Positions 63,284 to 64,000 of a DNA stretch of 64,000 nt are shown piece by piece. A program made the translations under genes and the position numbers. Location: assembly GCA_900659855.1 (NCBI GenBank), contig CAACVI010000001.1, forward strand, positions 113,179-177,178. Direction: 5' to 3'. Numbering within the stretch: the stretch's first letter is position 1; every line of letters starts with the position of its first letter. The DNA comes from Candidatus Desulfarcum epimagneticum. Its GTDB lineage: Bacteria > Desulfobacterota > Desulfobacteria > Desulfobacterales > CR-1. The notes beneath the pieces are model-generated. The model ran no database searches. It saw only the letters and a program-made list of their open reading frames with translations, and was not told where the DNA came from.

Positions 63284-63736
63284 ATGATCATTCGCAAACT
63301 TCGCCTGGATAAAGGCTGGTCACAGGAACAATTGGCCGAATTGTGCGACATCAGCGCGCGAACGGTTCAGCGTATTGAAAAAGGTCAGAAGCCGAGTTTA
63401 GAGACGCTCAAGGCCCTTGCCGCTGTGTTTGAGATTAACATTTCCGACTTAAAAACGGAGGCTGACATGTCAAACCAAACTGAGATTTCAACCGAAGAAG
63501 AAAAAACAATTTTATATGAGCGAAAGATGAAGGGTTTCCGCAGGCATTTCATTCAATATGCGGTTGTCATGATGGGTTTGTTCATCTTGAATGCCATCAA
63601 ATCGCCGAATCATTATTGGGTGATTTGGCCGGCTCTTGGCTGGGGCGTCGGTGTGTTATTCCACGGCTTGAATGCGTTTAACGTTTTTAATTTTTCCGGA
63701 TCCAATGAAAAAAACGCCAAATGGGCGGCAAAGTGA
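63284..63736 (+). CDS. XRE-family HTH regulator fused to a 2TM membrane domain
   Basis: N-terminus IRKLRLDKGWSQEQLAELCDISARTVQRIEKG. The C-terminus has two hydrophobic helices (YAVVMMGLFILN; WPALGWGVGVLFHGL). Confidence 0.7.
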   Translation: MIIRKLRLDKGWSQEQLAELCDISARTVQRIEKGQKPSLETLKALAAVFEINISDLKTEADMSNQTEISTEEEKTILYERKMKGFRRHFIQYAVVMMGLFILNAIKSPNHYWVIWPALGWGVGVLFHGLNAFNVFNFSGSNEKNAKWAAK

Positions 63737-63835
63737 GACAGGGACAGGCAAACCCTGCCGCCCAAGCCGAACGTTGGCGGGACAATGCGCCCATAATGAA
63801 AATTCGTCATAATAAAAACAGGATAGCATCCCATT

Positions 63836-64000
63836 TTGGAGCCTGACGCCTTCAGGCATATCATCCACTACGCGCTTCACCTTTTGCCGCCGTTTATTTT
63901 CGGCCGGCTGTTCTGGAAGGAGAACGGCCTCAAGGCGGGGCTGATCATGGCGGGCGCCATGGTGATTGATCTGGACCATTTGCTCGCGGACCCGATTTTT
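63836..64000 (+). CDS. partial membrane-associated hydrolase-like protein (DUF6122/YdjM-like), truncated by the window end
   Basis: Open frame from TTG at 63836: (M)EPDAFRHIIHYALHLLPPFIFGRLFWKENGLKAGLIMAGAMVIDLDHLLADPIF. Both the start and the family assignment are tentative. Confidence 0.35.
   Translation, partial: MEPDAFRHIIHYALHLLPPFIFGRLFWKENGLKAGLIMAGAMVIDLDHLLADPIF

Overview
This is a 64-kb chromosomal segment from a GC-rich bacterium. The gene content suggests an anaerobic, Desulfobacterota-like organism: tungsten-type aldehyde:ferredoxin oxidoreductase plus tupABC, an RnfB/GltD-type Fe-S flavoprotein, PpdK, QueH and pilMNOPQ. That placement is inference only. Most of the window is housekeeping: aroA-aroC, dnaJ, queD, rpsF-rpsR-rplI-dnaB, ppdK, cobQ, upp, mtnA, yggS, maf and two beta-CASP hydrolases. 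No rRNA, tRNA or CRISPR array was recognised. Three things stand out. (1) A MITE-like element of about 140-155 bp occurs at 12 or more loci. It has imperfect terminal inverted repeats, a long internal hairpin and 9-10 bp flanking direct repeats that end in TGA or TAA. In seven cases its left end directly abuts the real stop codon of the upstream gene, always in the same relative orientation. One copy splits a mazEF-like toxin-antitoxin pair while duplicating the overlapping stop/start, one copy is nested inside another, and one carries an IS630-family insertion. (2) An A/T-richer island of about 10.5 kb (5907-16435) is bracketed by 457-bp direct repeats that each contain a complete queF gene. 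The island carries a 2069-aa fused TcB/TcC-type RHS protein with a Gly/Ala-rich glycine-zipper-like C-terminal payload, a candidate membrane immunity gene, a heptad-repeat tail-anchored protein and the IS630 copy. (3) Smaller oddities include an outer-membrane beta-barrel gene frameshifted in a G10 tract, a four-gene ATGA-overlapping operon ending in DUF1848 and dus, a TunR-like/tupABC tungstate module, and a decayed defence region (mazEF-like pair, hsdR tail, fic, a Y1-transposase stub). All functional calls rest on motifs recognised by eye; no database search was run.
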